From assembly GCA_964057225.1 (NCBI GenBank), contig OZ059895.1:4402001-4466000 (forward strand): 64,000 nt of DNA. The letters run 5' to 3'. The position numbers and the translations under genes were made by a program. Positions 33,901-50,400 of this stretch are shown one piece after another. Below the pieces are notes generated by a model. That model did no database searches. It was not told where the DNA came from and was given only the letters and a program-made list of their open reading frames with translations. Positions within the stretch are counted from its first letter, which is position 1; each line of letters starts with the position of its first letter. Source of the DNA: Auanema rhodensis (lineage: Eukaryota > Animalia > Nematoda).

Positions 33901-36900
33901 TATAAGTGTGAACATATATCAGTTGATATCTCGGTGCATTTTCAAGCTAGCGCAAATCTGATAACACAGATCGACGCAGCTTAAAAATCCGCATCGAATG
34001 CACTATACTTCATTAAGAAACGCTTGATACAAAAATTAGTTATGATCGTTTGAAAAATGATGCATTAGTGTATGTTGAGTTTCCATGTACACTCAACATT
34101 GCTTCCAAAAACATTTTGACAAAAATTTTTTCGAAAAATTTCAAAATAATATAGCAAAAAGTAGATGTTTTTAGATTTCTTTTTTCAAGGCAAAGACGAT
34201 GGACATTGTTATTCAACGAAAAAATTAATTCTTCAGGGTGAAAATCGAGGATATAAGTGTGAACTTATATCAGTTGATATCTCGGTGCATTTTCAAGCTA
34301 GCGCAAATCTGATAACACAGATCGACGCAGCTTAAAAATCCGCATCGAATGCAGTATACTTCATTGAGAAACGCTTAATACAAAAATTAGTTATGATCGT
34401 TTGAAAAATGATGCATTAGTGTATGTTGAGTTTCCATGTACACTCAACATTGCTTCCAAAAACATTTTGACAAAAATTTTTTCGAAAAATTTCAAAATAA
34501 TTTAGCAAAAAGTAGATGTTTTTAGATTCCTTTTTTCAAGGCAAAGATGATGGACAATGTTATTCAACGAAAAAATCAATTCTTCAGGGTGAAAATCGAG
34601 GATATAAGTGTGAACTTATATCAGTTGATATCTCGGTGCATTTTCAAGCTAGCGCAAATCTGATAACACAGATCGACGCAGCTTAAAAATCCGCATCGAA
34701 TGCACTATACTTCATTGAGAAACGCTTAATACAAAAATTAGTTATGATCGTTTGAAAAATGATGCATTAGTGTATGTTGAGTTTCCATGTACACTCAACA
34801 TTGCTTCCAAAAACATTTTGACAAAAATTTTTTCGAAAAATTTCAAAATAATTTAGCAAAAAGTAGATGTTTTTAGATTTCTTTTTTCAAGGCAAAGATG
34901 ATGGACAATGTTATTCAACGAAAAAATCAATTCTTCAGGGTGAAAATCGAGGATATAAGTGTGAACTTATATCAGTTGATATCTCGGTGCATTTTCAAGC
35001 TAGCGCAAATCTGATAACACAGATCGACGCAGCTTAAAAATCCGCATCGAATGCACTATACTTCATTAAGAAACGCTTAATACAAAAATTAGTTATGATC
35101 GTTTGAAAAATGATGCATTAGTGTATGTTGAGTTTCCATGTACACTCAACATTGCTTCCAAAAACATTTTGACAAAAATTTTTTCGAAAAATTTCAAAAT
35201 AATTTAGCAAAAAGTAGATGTTTTTAGATTCCTTTTTTCAAGGCAAAGATGATGGACAATGTTATTCAACGAAAAAATCAATTCTTCAGGGTGAAAATCG
35301 AGGATATAAGTGTGAACTTATATCAGTTGATATCTCGGTGCATTTTCAAGCTAGCGCAAATCTGATAACACAGATCGACGCAGCTTAAAAATCCGCATCG
35401 AATGCACTATACTTCATTGAGAAACGCTTAATACAAAAATTAGTTATGATCGTTTGAAAAATGATGCATTAGTGTATGTTGAGTTTCCATGTACACTCAA
35501 CATTGCTTCCAAAAACATTTTGACAAAAATTTTTTCGAAAAATTTCAAAATAATTTAGCAAAAAGTAGATGTTTTTAGATTTCTTTTTTCAAGGCAAAGA
35601 TGATGGACAATGTTATTCAACGAAAAAATCAATTCTTCAGGGTGAAAATCGAGGATATAAGTGTGAACTTATATCAGTTGATATCTCGGTGCATTTTCAA
35701 GCTAGCGCAAATCTGATAACACAGATCGACGCAGCTTAAAAATCCGCATCGAATGCACTATACTTCATTGAGAAACGCTTAATACAAAAATTAGTTATGA
35801 TCGTTTGAAAAATGATGCATTAGTGTATGTTGAGTTTCCATGTACACTCAACATTGCTTCCAAAAACATTTTGACAAAAATTTTTTCGAAAAATTTCAAA
35901 ATAATTTAGCAAAAAGTAGATGTTTTTAGATTCCTTTTTTCAAGGCAAAGATGATGGACAATGTTATTCAACGAAAAAATCAATTCTTCAGGGTGAAAAT
36001 CGAGGATATAAGTGTGAACTTATATCAGTTGATATCTCGGTGCATTTTCAAGCTAGCGCAAATCTGATAACACAGATCGACGCAGCTTAAAAATCCGCAT
36101 CGAATGCACTATACTTCACTGAGAAACGCTTAATACAAAAATTAGTTATGATCGTTTGAAAAATGATGCATTAGTGTATGTTGAGTTTCCATGTACACTC
36201 AACATTGCTTCCAAAAACATTTTGACAAAAATTTTTTCGAAAAATTTCAAAATAATTTAGCAAAAAGTAGATGTTTTTAGATTCCTTTTTTCAAGGCAAA
36301 GATGATGGACAATGTTATTCAACGAAAAAATCAATTCTTCAGGGTGAAAATCGAGGATATAAGTGTGAACTTATATCAGTTGATATCTCGGTGCATTTTC
36401 AAGCTAGCGCAAATCTGATAACACAGATCGACGCAGCTTAAAAATCCGCATTGAATGCACTATACTTCATTGAGAAACGCTTAATACAAAAATTAGTTAT
36501 GATCGTTTGAAAAATGATGCATTAGTGTATGTTGAGTTTCCATGTACACTCAACATTGCTTACAAAAACATTTTGACAACAATTTTTTCGAAAAATTTCA
36601 AAATAATTTAGCAAAAAGTAGATGTTTTTAGATTCCTTTTTTCAAGGCAAAGATGATGGACAATGTTATTCAACGAAAAAATTAATTCTTCAGGGTGAAA
36701 ATCGAGGATATAAGTGTGAACATATATCAGTTGATATCTCGGTGCATTTTCAAGCTAGCGCAAATCTGATAACACAGATCGACGCAGCTTAAAAATCCGC
36801 ATCGAATGCACTATACTTCATTAAGAAACGCTTAATACAAAAATTAGTTATGATCGTTTGAAAAATGATGCATTAGTGTATGTTGAGTTTCCATGTACAC

Positions 36901-37349
36901 TCAACATTGCTTCCAAAAACATTTTGACAAAAATTTTTTCGAAAAATTTCAAAATAATATAGCAAAAAGTAGATGTTTTTAGATTCCTTTTTTCAAGGCA
37001 AAGACGATGGACATTGTTATTCAACGAAAAAATTAATTCTTCAGGGTGAAAATCGAGGATATAAGTGTGAACTTATATCAGTTGATATCTCGGTGCATTT
37101 TCAAGCTAGCGCAAATCTGATAACACAGATCGACGCAGCTTAAAAATCCGCATCGAATGCACTATACTTCATTGAGAAACGCTTAATACAAAAATTAGTT
37201 ATGATCGTTTGAAAAATGATGCATTAGTGTATGTTGAGTTTCCATGTACACTCAACATTGCTTACAAAAACATTTTGACAACAATTTTTTCGAAAAATTT
37301 CAAAATAATTTAGCAAAAAGTAGATGTTTTTAGATTCCTTTTTTCAAGG

Positions 37350-40300
37350 CAAAGATGATGGACAATGTTATTCAACGAAAAAATTAATTCTTCAGGGTGA
37401 AAATCGAGGATATAAGTGTGAACATATATCAGTTGATATCTCGGTGCATTTTCAAGCTAGCGCAAATCTGATAACACAGATCGACGCAGCTTAAAAATCC
37501 GCATCGAATGCACTATACTTCATTAAGAAACGCTTAATACAAAAATTAGTTATGATCGTTTGAAAAATGATGCATTAGTGTATGTTGAGTTTCCATGTAC
37601 ACTCAACATTGCTTCCAAAAACATTTTGACAAAAATTTTTTCGAAAAATTTCAAAATAATATAGCAAAAAGTAGATGTTTTTAGATTCCTTTTTTCAAGG
37701 CAAAGATGATGGACAATGTTATTCAACGAAAAAATCAATTCTTCAGGGTGAAAATCGAGGATATAAGTGTGAACTTATATCAGTTGATATCTCGGTGCAT
37801 TTTCAAGCTAGCGCAAATCTGATAACACAGATCGACGCAGCTTAAAAATCCGCATCGAATGCACTATACTTCATTGAGAAACGCTTAATACAAAAATTAG
37901 TTATGATCGTTTGAAAAATGATGCATTAGTGTATGTTGAGTTTCCATGTACACTCAACATTGCTTACAAAAACATTTTGACAACAATTTTTTCGAAAAAT
38001 TTCAAAATAATTTAGCAAAAAGTAGATGTTTTTAGATTCCTTTTTTCAAGGCAAAGATGATGGACAATGTTATTCAACGAAAAAATTAATTCTTCAGGGT
38101 GAAAATCGAGGATATAAGTGTGAACATATATCAGTTGATATCTCGGTGCATTTTCAAGCTAGCGCAAATCTGATAACACAGATCGACGCAGCTTAAAAAT
38201 CCGCATCGAATGCACTATACTTCATTAAGAAACGCTTAATACAAAAATTAGTTATGATCGTTTGAAAAATGATGCATTAGTGTATGTTGAGTTTCCATGT
38301 ACACTCAACATTGCTTCCAAAAACATTTTGACAAAAATTTTTTCGAAAAATTTCAAAATAATATAGCAAAAAGTAGATGTTTTTAGATTCCTTTTTTCAA
38401 GGCAAAGACGATGGACATTGTTATTCAACGAAAAAATTAATTCTTCAGGGTGAAAATCGAGGATATAAGTGTGAACTTATATCAGTTGATATCTCGGTGC
38501 ATTTTCAAGCTAGCGCAAATCTGATAACACAGATCGACGCAGCTTAAAAATCCGCATCGAATGCAGTATACTTCATTGAGAAACGCTTAATACAAAAATT
38601 AGTTATGATCGTTTGAAAAATGATGCATTAGTGTATGTTGAGTTTCCATGTACACTCAACATTGCTTCCAAAAACATTTTGACAAAAATTTTTTCGAAAA
38701 ATTTCAAAATAATTTAGCAAAAAGTAGATGTTTTTAGATTCCTTTTTTCAAGGCAAAGATGATGGACAATGTTATTCAACGAAAAAATCAATTCTTCAGG
38801 GTGAAAATCGAGGATATAAGTGTGAACTTATATCAGTTGATATCTCGGTGCATTTTCAAGCTAGCGCAAATCTGATAACACAGATCGACGCAGCTTAAAA
38901 ATCCGCATCGAATGCACTATACTTCATTGAGAAACGCTTAATACAAAAATTAGTTATGATCGTTTGAAAAATGATGCATTAGTGTATGTTGAGTTTCCAT
39001 GTACACTCAACATTGCTTACAAAAACATTTTGACAACAATTTTTTCGAAAAATTTCAAAATAATTTAGCAAAAAGTAGATGTTTTTAGATTCCTTTTTTC
39101 AAGGCAAAGATGATGGACAATGTTATTCAACGAAAAAATTAATTCTTCAGGGTGAAAATCGAGGATATAAGTGTGAGCATATATCAGTTGATATCTCGGT
39201 GCATTTTCAAGCTAGCGCAAATCTGATAACACAGATCGACGCAGCTTAAAAATCCGCATCGAATGCACTATACTTCATTAAGAAACGCTTAATACAAAAA
39301 TTAGTTATGATCGTTTGAAAAATGATGCATTAGTGTATGTTGAGTTTCCATGTACACTCAACATTGCTTCCAAAAACATTTTGACAAAAATTTTTTCGAA
39401 AAATTTCAAAATAATATAGCAAAAAGTAGATGTTTTTAGATTCCTTTTTTCAAGGCAAAGACGATGGACATTGTTATTCAACGAAAAAATTAATTCTTCA
39501 GGGTGAAAATCGAGGATATAAGTGTGAACTTATATCAGTTGATATCTCGGTGCATTTTCAAGCTAGCGCAAATCTGATAACACAGATCGACGCAGCTTAA
39601 AAATCCGCATCGAATGCAGTATACTTCATTGAGAAACGCTTAATACAAAAATTAGTTATGATCGTTTGAAAAATGATGCATTAGTGTATGTTGAGTTTCC
39701 ATGTACACTCAACATTGCTTCCAAAAACATTTTGACAACAATTTTTTCGAAAAATTTCAAAATAATTTAGCAAAAAGTAGATGTTTTTAGATTCCTTTTT
39801 TCAAGGCAAAGATGATGGACAATGTTATTCAACGAAAAAATTAATTCTTCAGGGTGAAAATCGAGGATATAAGTGTGAACATATATCAGTTGATATCTCG
39901 GTGCATTTTCAAGCTAGCGCAAATCTGATAACACAGATCGACGCAGCTTAAAAATCCGCATTGAATGCACTATACTTCATTGAGAAACGCCTAATACAAA
40001 AATTAGTTATGATCGTTTGAAAAATGATGCATTAGTGTATGTTGAGTTTCCATGTACACTCAACATTGCTTCCAAAAACATTTTGACAACAATTTTTTCG
40101 AAAAATTTCGAAATAATTTAGCAAAAAGTAGATGTTTTTAGATTCCTTTTTTCAAGGCAAAGATGATGGACAATGTTATTCAACGAAAAAATCAATTCTT
40201 CAGGGTGAAAATCGAGGATATAAGTGTGAACTTATATCAGTTGATATCTCGGTGCATTTTCAAGCTAGCGCAAATCTGATAACACAGATCGACGCAGCTT

Positions 40301-43300
40301 AAAAATCCGCATCGAATGCACTATACTTCATTGGAAAACGCTTAATACAAAAATTAGTTATGATCGTTTGAAAAATGATGCATTAGTGTATGTTGAGTTT
40401 CCATGTACACTCAACATTGCTTCCAAAAACATTTTGACAAAAATTTTTTCGAAAAATTTCAAAATAATTTAGCAAAAAGTAGATGTTTTTAGATTCCTTT
40501 TTTCAAGGCAAAGATGATGGACAATGTTATTCAACGAAAAAATCAATTCTTCAGGGTGAAAATCGAGGATATAAGTGTGAACTTATATCAGTTGATATCT
40601 CGGTGCATTTTCAAGCTAGCGCAAATCTGATAACACAGATCGACGCAGCTTAAAAATCCGCATCGAATGCAGTATACTTCATTGAGAAACGCTTAATACA
40701 AAAATTAGTTATGATCGTTTGAAAAATGATGCATTAGTGTATGTTGAGTTTCCATGTACACTCAACATTGCTTCCAAAAACATTTTGACAACAATTTTTT
40801 CGAAAAATTTCAAAATAATTTAGCAAAAAGTAGATGTTTTTAGATTCCTTTTTTCAAGGCAAAGATGATGGACAATGTTATTCAACGAAAAAATTAATTC
40901 TTCAGGGTGAAAATCGAGGATATAAGTGTGAACATATATCAGTTGATATCTCGGTGCATTTTCAAGCTAGCGCAAATCTGATAACACAGATCGACGCAGC
41001 TTAAAAATCCGCATTGAATGCACTATACTTCATTGAGAAACGCTTAATACAAAAATTAGTTATGATCGTTTGAAAAATGATGCATTAGTGTATGTTGAGT
41101 TTCCATGTACACTCAACATTGCTTCCAAAAACATTTTGACAAAAATTTTTTCGAAAAATTTCAAAATAATTTAGCAAAAAGTAGATGTTTTTAGATTCCT
41201 TTTTTCAAGGCAAAGATGATGGACAATGTTATTCAACGAAAAAATCAATTCTTCAGGGTGAAAATCGAGGATATAAGTGTGAACTTATATCAGTTGATAT
41301 CTCGGTGCATTTTCAAGCTAGCGCAAATCTGATAACACAGATCGACGCAGCTTAAAAATCCGCATCGAATGCACTATACTTCATTGAGAAACGCTTAATA
41401 CAAAAATTAGTTATGATCGTTTGAAAAATGATGCATTAGTGTATGTTGAGTTTCCATGTACACTCAACATTGCTTCCAAAAACATTTTGACAAAAATTTT
41501 TTCAAAAAATTTCAAAATAATTTAGCAAAAAGTAGATGTTTTTAGATTCCTTTTTTCAAGGCAAAGATGATGGACAATGTTATTCAACGAAAAAATCAAT
41601 TCTTCAGGGTGAAAATCGAGGATATAAGTGTGAACTTATATCAGTTGATATCTCGGTGCATTTTCAAGCTAGCGCAAATCTGATAACACAGATCGACGCA
41701 GCTTAAAAATCCGCATCGAATGCAGTATACTTCATTGAGAAACGCTTAATACAAAAATTAGTTATGATCGTTTGAAAAATGATGCATTAGTGTATGTTGA
41801 GTTTCCATGTACACTCAACATTGCTTCCAAAAACATTTTGACAAAAATTTTTTCGAAAAATTTCAAAATAATTTAGCAAAAAGTAGATGTTTTTAGATTC
41901 CTTTTTTTAAGGCAAAGATGATGGACAATGTTTTTAAACGAAAAAATTAATTCTTCAGTGTGAAAATCGAGGATATAAGTGTGAACTTATATCAGTTGAT
42001 ATCACGGTGCATTTTCAAGCTAGCGCAAATCTGATAACACAGATCGACGCAGCTTAAAAATCCGCATCGAATGCACTATACTTCATTGAGAAACGCTTAA
42101 TACAAAAATTAGTTATGATCGTTTGAAAAATGATGCATTAGTGTATGTTGAGTTTCCATGTACACTCAACATTGCTTACAAAAACATTTTGACAACAATT
42201 TTTTCGAAAAATTTCAAAATAATTTAGCAAAAAGTAGATGTTTTTAGATTCCTTATTTCAAGGCAAAGATGATGGACAATGTTATTCAACGAAAAAATTA
42301 ATTCTTCAGGGTGAAAATCGAGGATATAAGTGTGAACATATATCAGTTGATATCTCGGTGCATTTTCAAGCTAGCGCAAATCTGATAACACAGATCGACG
42401 CAGCTTAAAAATCCGCATCGAATGCACTATACTTCATTAAGAAACGCTTAATACAAAAATTAGTTATGATCGTTTGAAAAATGATGCATTAGTGTATGTT
42501 GAGTTTCCATGTACACTCAACATTGCTTCCAAAAACATTTTGACAAAAATTTTTTCGAAAAATTTCAAAATAATATAGCAAAAAGTAGATGTTTTTAGAT
42601 TCCTTTTTTCAAGGCAAAGATGATGGACAATGTTATTCAACGAAAAAATCAATTCTTCAGGGTGAAAATCGAGGATATAAGTGTGAACTTATATCAGTTG
42701 ATATCTCGGTGCATTTTCAAGCTAGCGCAAATCTGATAACACAGATCGACGCAGCTTAAAAATCCGCATCGAATGCACTATACTTCATTGAGAAACGCTT
42801 AATACAAAAATTAGTTATGATCGTTTGAAAAATGATGCATTAGTGTATGTTGAGTTTCCATGTACACTCAACATTGCTTACAAAAACATTTTGACAACAA
42901 TTTTTTCGAAAAATTTCAAAATAATTTAGCAAAAAGTAGATGTTTTTAGATTCCTTTTTTCAAGGCAAAGATGATGGACAATGTTATTCAACGAAAAAAT
43001 TAATTCTTCAGGGTGAAAATCGAGGATATAAGTGTGAACATATATCAGTTGATATCTCGGTGCATTTTCAAGCTAGCGCAAATCTGATAACACAGATCGA
43101 CGCAGCTTAAAAATCCGCATCGAATGCACTATACTTCATTAAGAAACGCTTAATACAAAAATTAGTTATGATCGTTTGAAAAATGATGCATTAGTGTATG
43201 TTGAGTTTCCATGTACACTCAACATTGCTTCCAAAAACATTTTGACAAAAATTTTTTCGAAAAATTTCAAAATAATATAGCAAAAAGTAGATGTTTTTAG

Positions 43301-46300
43301 ATTCCTTTTTTCAAGGCAAAGACGATGGACATTGTTATTCAACGAAAAAATTAATTCTTCAGGGTGAAAATCGAGGATATAAGTGTGAACTTATATCAGT
43401 TGATATCTCGGTGCATTTTCAAGCTAGCGCAAATCTGATAACACAGATCGACGCAGCTTAAAAATCCGCATCGAATGCAGTATACTTCATTGAGAAACGC
43501 TTAATACAAAAATTAGTTATGATCGTTTGAAAAATGATGCATTAGTGTATGTTGAGTTTCCATGTACACTCAACATTGCTTCCAAAAACATTTTGACAAA
43601 AATTTTTTCGAAAAATTTCAAAATAATTTAGCAAAAAGTAGATGTTTTTAGATTCCTTTTTTCAAGGCAAAGATGATGGACAATGTTATTCAACGAAAAA
43701 ATCAATTCTTCAGGGTGAAAATCGAGGATATAAGTGTGAACTTATATCAGTTGATATCTCGGTGCATTTTCAAGCTAGCGCAAATCTGATAACACAGATC
43801 GACGCAGCTTAAAAATCCGCATCGAATGCACTATACTTCATTGAGAAACGCTTAATACAAAAATTAGTTATGATCGTTTGAAAAATGATGCATTAGTGTA
43901 TGTTGAGTTTCCATGTACACTCAACATTGCTTACAAAAACATTTTGACAACAATTTTTTCGAAAAATTTCAAAATAATTTAGCAAAAAGTAGATGTTTTT
44001 AGATTCCTTTTTTCAAGGCAAAGATGATGGACAATGTTATTCAACGAAAAAATTAATTCTTCAGGGTGAAAATCGAGGATATAAGTGTGAGCATATATCA
44101 GTTGATATCTCGGTGCATTTTCAAGCTAGCGCAAATCTGATAACACAGATCGACGCAGCTTAAAAATCCGCATCGAATGCACTATACTTCATTAAGAAAC
44201 GCTTAATACAAAAATTAGTTATGATCGTTTGAAAAATGATGCATTAGTGTATGTTGAGTTTCCATGTACACTCAACATTGCTTCCAAAAACATTTTGACA
44301 AAAATTTTTTCGAAAAATTTCAAAATAATATAGCAAAAAGTAGATGTTTTTAGATTCCTTTTTTCAAGGCAAAGACGATGGACATTGTTATTCAACGAAA
44401 AAATTAATTCTTCAGGGTGAAAATCGAGGATATAAGTGTGAACTTATATCAGTTGATATCTCGGTGCATTTTCAAGCTAGCGCAAATCTGATAACACAGA
44501 TCGACGCAGCTTAAAAATCCGCATCGAATGCAGTATACTTCATTGAGAAACGCTTAATACAAAAATTAGTTATGATCGTTTGAAAAATGATGCATTAGTG
44601 TATGTTGAGTTTCCATGTACACTCAACATTGCTTCCAAAAACATTTTGACAACAATTTTTTCGAAAAATTTCAAAATAATTTAGCAAAAAGTAGATGTTT
44701 TTAGATTCCTTTTTTCAAGGCAAAGATGATGGACAATGTTATTCAACGAAAAAATTAATTCTTCAGGGTGAAAATCGAGGATATAAGTGTGAACATATAT
44801 CAGTTGATATCTCGGTGCATTTTCAAGCTAGCGCAAATCTGATAACACAGATCGACGCAGCTTAAAAATCCGCATTGAATGCACTATACTTCATTGAGAA
44901 ACGCCTAATACAAAAATTAGTTATGATCGTTTGAAAAATGATGCATTAGTGTATGTTGAGTTTCCATGTACACTCAACATTGCTTCCAAAAACATTTTGA
45001 CAACAATTTTTTCGAAAAATTTCGAAATAATTTAGCAAAAAGTAGATGTTTTTAGATTCCTTTTTTCAAGGCAAAGATGATGGACAATGTTATTCAACGA
45101 AAAAATCAATTCTTCAGGGTGAAAATCGAGGATATAAGTGTGAACTTATATCAGTTGATATCTCGGTGCATTTTCAAGCTAGCGCAAATCTGATAACACA
45201 GATCGACGCAGCTTAAAAATCCGCATCGAATGCACTATACTTCATTGGAAAACGCTTAATACAAAAATTAGTTATGATCGTTTGAAAAATGATGCATTAG
45301 TGTATGTTGAGTTTCCATGTACACTCAACATTGCTTCCAAAAACATTTTGACAAAAATTTTTTCGAAAAATTTCAAAATAATTTAGCAAAAAGTAGATGT
45401 TTTTAGATTCCTTTTTTCAAGGCAAAGATGATGGACAATGTTATTCAACGAAAAAATCAATTCTTCAGGGTGAAAATCGAGGATATAAGTGTGAACTTAT
45501 ATCAGTTGATATCTCGGTGCATTTTCAAGCTAGCGCAAATCTGATAACACAGATCGACGCAGCTTAAAAATCCGCATCGAATGCAGTATACTTCATTGAG
45601 AAACGCTTAATACAAAAATTAGTTATGATCGTTTGAAAAATGATGCATTAGTGTATGTTGAGTTTCCATGTACACTCAACATTGCTTCCAAAAACATTTT
45701 GACAACAATTTTTTCGAAAAATTTCAAAATAATTTAGCAAAAAGTAGATGTTTTTAGATTCCTTTTTTCAAGGCAAAGATGATGGACAATGTTATTCAAC
45801 GAAAAAATTAATTCTTCAGGGTGAAAATCGAGGATATAAGTGTGAACATATATCAGTTGATATCTCGGTGCATTTTCAAGCTAGCGCAAATCTGATAACA
45901 CAGATCGACGCAGCTTAAAAATCCGCATTGAATGCACTATACTTCATTGAGAAACGCTTAATACAAAAATTAGTTATGATCGTTTGAAAAATGATGCATT
46001 AGTGTATGTTGAGTTTCCATGTACACTCAACATTGCTTCCAAAAACATTTTGACAAAAATTTTTTCGAAAAATTTCAAAATAATTTAGCAAAAAGTAGAT
46101 GTTTTTAGATTCCTTTTTTCAAGGCAAAGATGATGGACAATGTTATTCAACGAAAAAATCAATTCTTCAGGGTGAAAATCGAGGATATAAGTGTGAACTT
46201 ATATCAGTTGATATCTCGGTGCATTTTCAAGCTAGCGCAAATCTGATAACACAGATCGACGCAGCTTAAAAATCCGCATCGAATGCACTATACTTCATTG

Positions 46301-47450
46301 AGAAACGCTTAATACAAAAATTAGTTATGATCGTTTGAAAAATGATGCATTAGTGTATGTTGAGTTTCCATGTACACTCAACATTGCTTCCAAAAACATT
46401 TTGACAAAAATTTTTTCAAAAAATTTCAAAATAATTTAGCAAAAAGTAGATGTTTTTAGATTCCTTTTTTCAAGGCAAAGATGATGGACAATGTTATTCA
46501 ACGAAAAAATCAATTCTTCAGGGTGAAAATCGAGGATATAAGTGTGAACTTATATCAGTTGATATCTCGGTGCATTTTCAAGCTAGCGCAAATCTGATAA
46601 CACAGATCGACGCAGCTTAAAAATCCGCATCGAATGCAGTATACTTCATTGAGAAACGCTTAATACAAAAATTAGTTATGATCGTTTGAAAAATGATGCA
46701 TTAGTGTATGTTGAGTTTCCATGTACACTCAACATTGCTTCCAAAAACATTTTGACAAAAATTTTTTCGAAAAATTTCAAAATAATTTAGCAAAAAGTAG
46801 ATGTTTTTAGATTCCTTTTTTTAAGGCAAAGATGATGGACAATGTTTTTAAACGAAAAAATTAATTCTTCAGTGTGAAAATCGAGGATATAAGTGTGAAC
46901 TTATATCAGTTGATATCACGGTGCATTTTCAAGCTAGCGCAAATCTGATAACACAGATCGACGCAGCTTAAAAATCCGCATCGAATGCACTATACTTCAT
47001 TGAGAAACGCTTAATACAAAAATTAGTTATGATCGTTTGAAAAATGATGCATTAGTGTATGTTGAGTTTCCATGTACACTCAACATTGCTTACAAAAACA
47101 TTTTGACAACAATTTTTTCGAAAAATTTCAAAATAATTTAGCAAAAAGTAGATGTTTTTAGATTCCTTATTTCAAGGCAAAGATGATGGACAATGTTATT
47201 CAACGAAAAAATTAATTCTTCAGGGTGAAAATCGAGGATATAAGTGTGAACATATATCAGTTGATATCTCGGTGCATTTTCAAGCTAGCGCAAATCTGAT
47301 AACACAGATCGACGCAGCTTAAAAATCCGCATCGAATGCACTATACTTCATTAAGAAACGCTTAATACAAAAATTAGTTATGATCGTTTGAAAAATGATG
47401 CATTAGTGTATGTTGAGTTTCCATGTACACTCAACATTGCTTCCAAAAAC
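37350..47450 (+). repeat. 14-mer (4,914 bp) higher-order duplication, 2 copies
   Basis: Private variants recur at +4914: GAGCAT 39177/44091, GCCTAA 39991/44905, TTGGAAA 40331/45245, ATCACGG 42001/46915, CCTTATTT 42251/47165. Boundaries are approximate. Confidence 0.92.
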
Positions 47451-50400
47451 ATTTTGACAAAAATTTTTTCGAAAAATTTCAAAATAATTTAGCAAAAAGT
47501 AGATGTTTTTAGATTCCTTTTTGCAAGGCAAAGATGATGGACAATGTTATTCAACGAAAAAATTAATTCTTCAGGGTGAAAATCGAGGATATAAGTGTGA
47601 ACATATATCAGTTGATATCTCGGTGCATTTTCAAGCTAGCGCAAATCTGATAACACAGATCGACGCAGCTTAAAAATCCGCATCGAATGCACTATACTTC
47701 ATTGAGAAACGCTTAATACAAAAATTAGTTATGATCGTTTGAAAAATGATGCATTAGTGTATGTTGAGTTTCCATGTACACTCAACATTGCTTCCAAAAA
47801 CATTTTGACAAAAATTTTTTCGAAAAATTTCAAAATAATTTAGCAAAAAGTAGATGTTTTTAGATTCCTTTTTTCAAGGCAAAGATGATGGACAATGTTA
47901 TTCAACGAAAAAATCAATTCTTCAGGGTGAAAATCGAGGATATAAGTGTGAACTTATATCAGTTGATATCTCGGTGCATTTTCAAGCTAGCGCAAATCTG
48001 ATAACACAGATCGACGCAGCTTAAAAATCCGCATCGAATGCAGTATACTTCATTGAGAAACGCTTAATACAAAAATTAGTTATGATCGTTTGAAAAATGA
48101 TGCATTAGTGTATGTTGAGTTTCCATGTACACTCAACATTGCTTCCAAAAACATTTTGACAACAATTTTTTCGAAAAATTTCAAAATAATTTAGCAAAAA
48201 GTAGATGTTTTTAGATTCCTTTTTTTAAGGCAAAGATGATGGACAATGTTTTTAAACGAAAAAATTAATTCTTCAGTGTGAAAATCGAGGATATAAGTGT
48301 GAACTTATATCAGTTGATATCTCGGTGCATTTTCAAGCTAGCGCAAATCTGATAACACAGATCGACGCAGCTTAAAAATCCGCATCAAATGCACTATACT
48401 TCATTGAGAAACGCTTAATACAAAAATTAGTTATGATCGTTTGAAAAATGATGCATTAGTGTATGTTGAGTTTCCATGTACACTCAACATTGCTTACAAA
48501 AACATTTTGACAACAATTTTTTCGAAAAATTTCAAAATAATTTAGCAAAAAGTAGATGTTTTTAGATTCCTTTTTTCAAGGCAAAGATGATGGACAATGT
48601 TATTCAACGAAAAAATCAATTCTTCAGGGTGAAAATCGAGGATATAAGTGTGAACTTATATCAGTTGATATCTCGGTGCATTTTCAAGCTAGCGCAAATC
48701 TGATAACACAGATCGACGCAGCTTAAAAATCCGCATCGAATGCAGTATACTTCATTGAGAAACGCTTAATACAAAAATTAGTTATGATCGTTTGAAAAAT
48801 GATGCATTAGTGTATGTTGAGTTTCCATGTACACTCAACATTGCTTCCAAAAACATTTTGACAACAATTTTTTCGAAAAATTTCAAAATAATTTAGCAAA
48901 AAGTAGATGTTTTTAGATTCCTTTTTTTAAGGCAAAGATGATGGACAATGTTTTTAAACGAAAAAATTAATTCTTCAGTGTGAAAATCGAGGATATAAGT
49001 GTGAACTTATATCAGTTGATATCTCGGTGCATTTTCAAGCTAGCGCAAATCTGATAACACAGATCGACGCAGCTTAAAAATCCGCATCGAATGCACTATA
49101 CTTCATTGAGAAACGCTTAATACAAAAATTAGTTATGATCGTTTGAAAAATGATGCATTAGTGTATGTTGAGTTTCCATGTACACTCAACATTGCTTACA
49201 AAAACATTTTGACAACAATTTTTTCGAAAAATTTCAAAATAATTTAGCAAAAAGTAGATGTTTTTAGATTCCTTTTTTCAAGGCAAAGATGATGGACAAT
49301 GTTATTCAACGAAAAAATTAATTCTTCAGGGTGAAAATCGAGGATATAAGTGTGAACATATATCAGTTGATATCTCGGTGCATTTTCAAGCTAGCGCAAA
49401 TCTGATAACACAGATCGACGCAGCTTAAAAATCCGCATCGAATGCACTATACTTCATTAAGAAACGCTTAATACAAAAATTAGTTATGATCGTTTGAAAA
49501 ATGATGCATTAGTGTATGTTGAGTTTCCATGTACACTCAACATTGCTTCCAAAAACATTTTGACAAAAATTTTTTCGAAAAATTTCAAAATAATATAGCA
49601 AAAAGTAGATGTTTTTAGATTCCTTTTTTCAAGGCAAAGACGATGGACATTGTTATTCAACGAAAAAATTAATTCTTCAGGGTGAAAATCGAGGATATAA
49701 GTGTGAACTTATATCAGTTGATATCTCGGTGCATTTTCAAGCTAGCGCAAATCTGATAACACAGATCGACGCAGCTTAAAAATCCGCATCGAATGCACTA
49801 TACTTCATTAAGAAACGCTTAATACAAAAATTAGTTATGATCGTTTGAAAAATGATGCATTAGTGTATGTTGAGTTTCCATGTACACTCAACATTGCTTC
49901 CAAAAACATTTTGACAAAAATTTTTTCGAAAAATTTCAAAATAATTTAGCAAAAAGTAGATGTTTTTAGATTCCTTTTTGCAAGGCAAAGATGATGGACA
50001 ATGTTATTCAACGAAAAAATTAATTCTTCAGGGTGAAAATCGAGGATATAAGTGTGAACATATATCAGTTGATATCTCGGTGCATTTTCAAGCTAGCGCA
50101 AATCTGATAACACAGATCGACGCAGCTTAAAAATCCGCATCGAATGCACTATACTTCATTGAGAAACGCTTAATACAAAAATTAGTTATGATCGTTTGAA
50201 AAATGATGCATTAGTGTATGTTGAGTTTCCATGTACACTCAACATTGCTTCCAAAAACATTTTGACAAAAATTTTTTCGAAAAATTTCAAAATAATTTAG
50301 CAAAAAGTAGATGTTTTTAGATTCCTTTTTTCAAGGCAAAGATGATGGACAATGTTATTCAACGAAAAAATCAATTCTTCAGGGTGAAAATCGAGGATAT

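Noticed and set aside
37550-37738. 62-aa minus-strand ORF, repeated at 42464-42652
   Set aside because: It is satellite sequence. It appears only where the AATATAG variant removes a stop and AATCAA supplies a TTG start. The recurrence reflects the 14-mer duplication.
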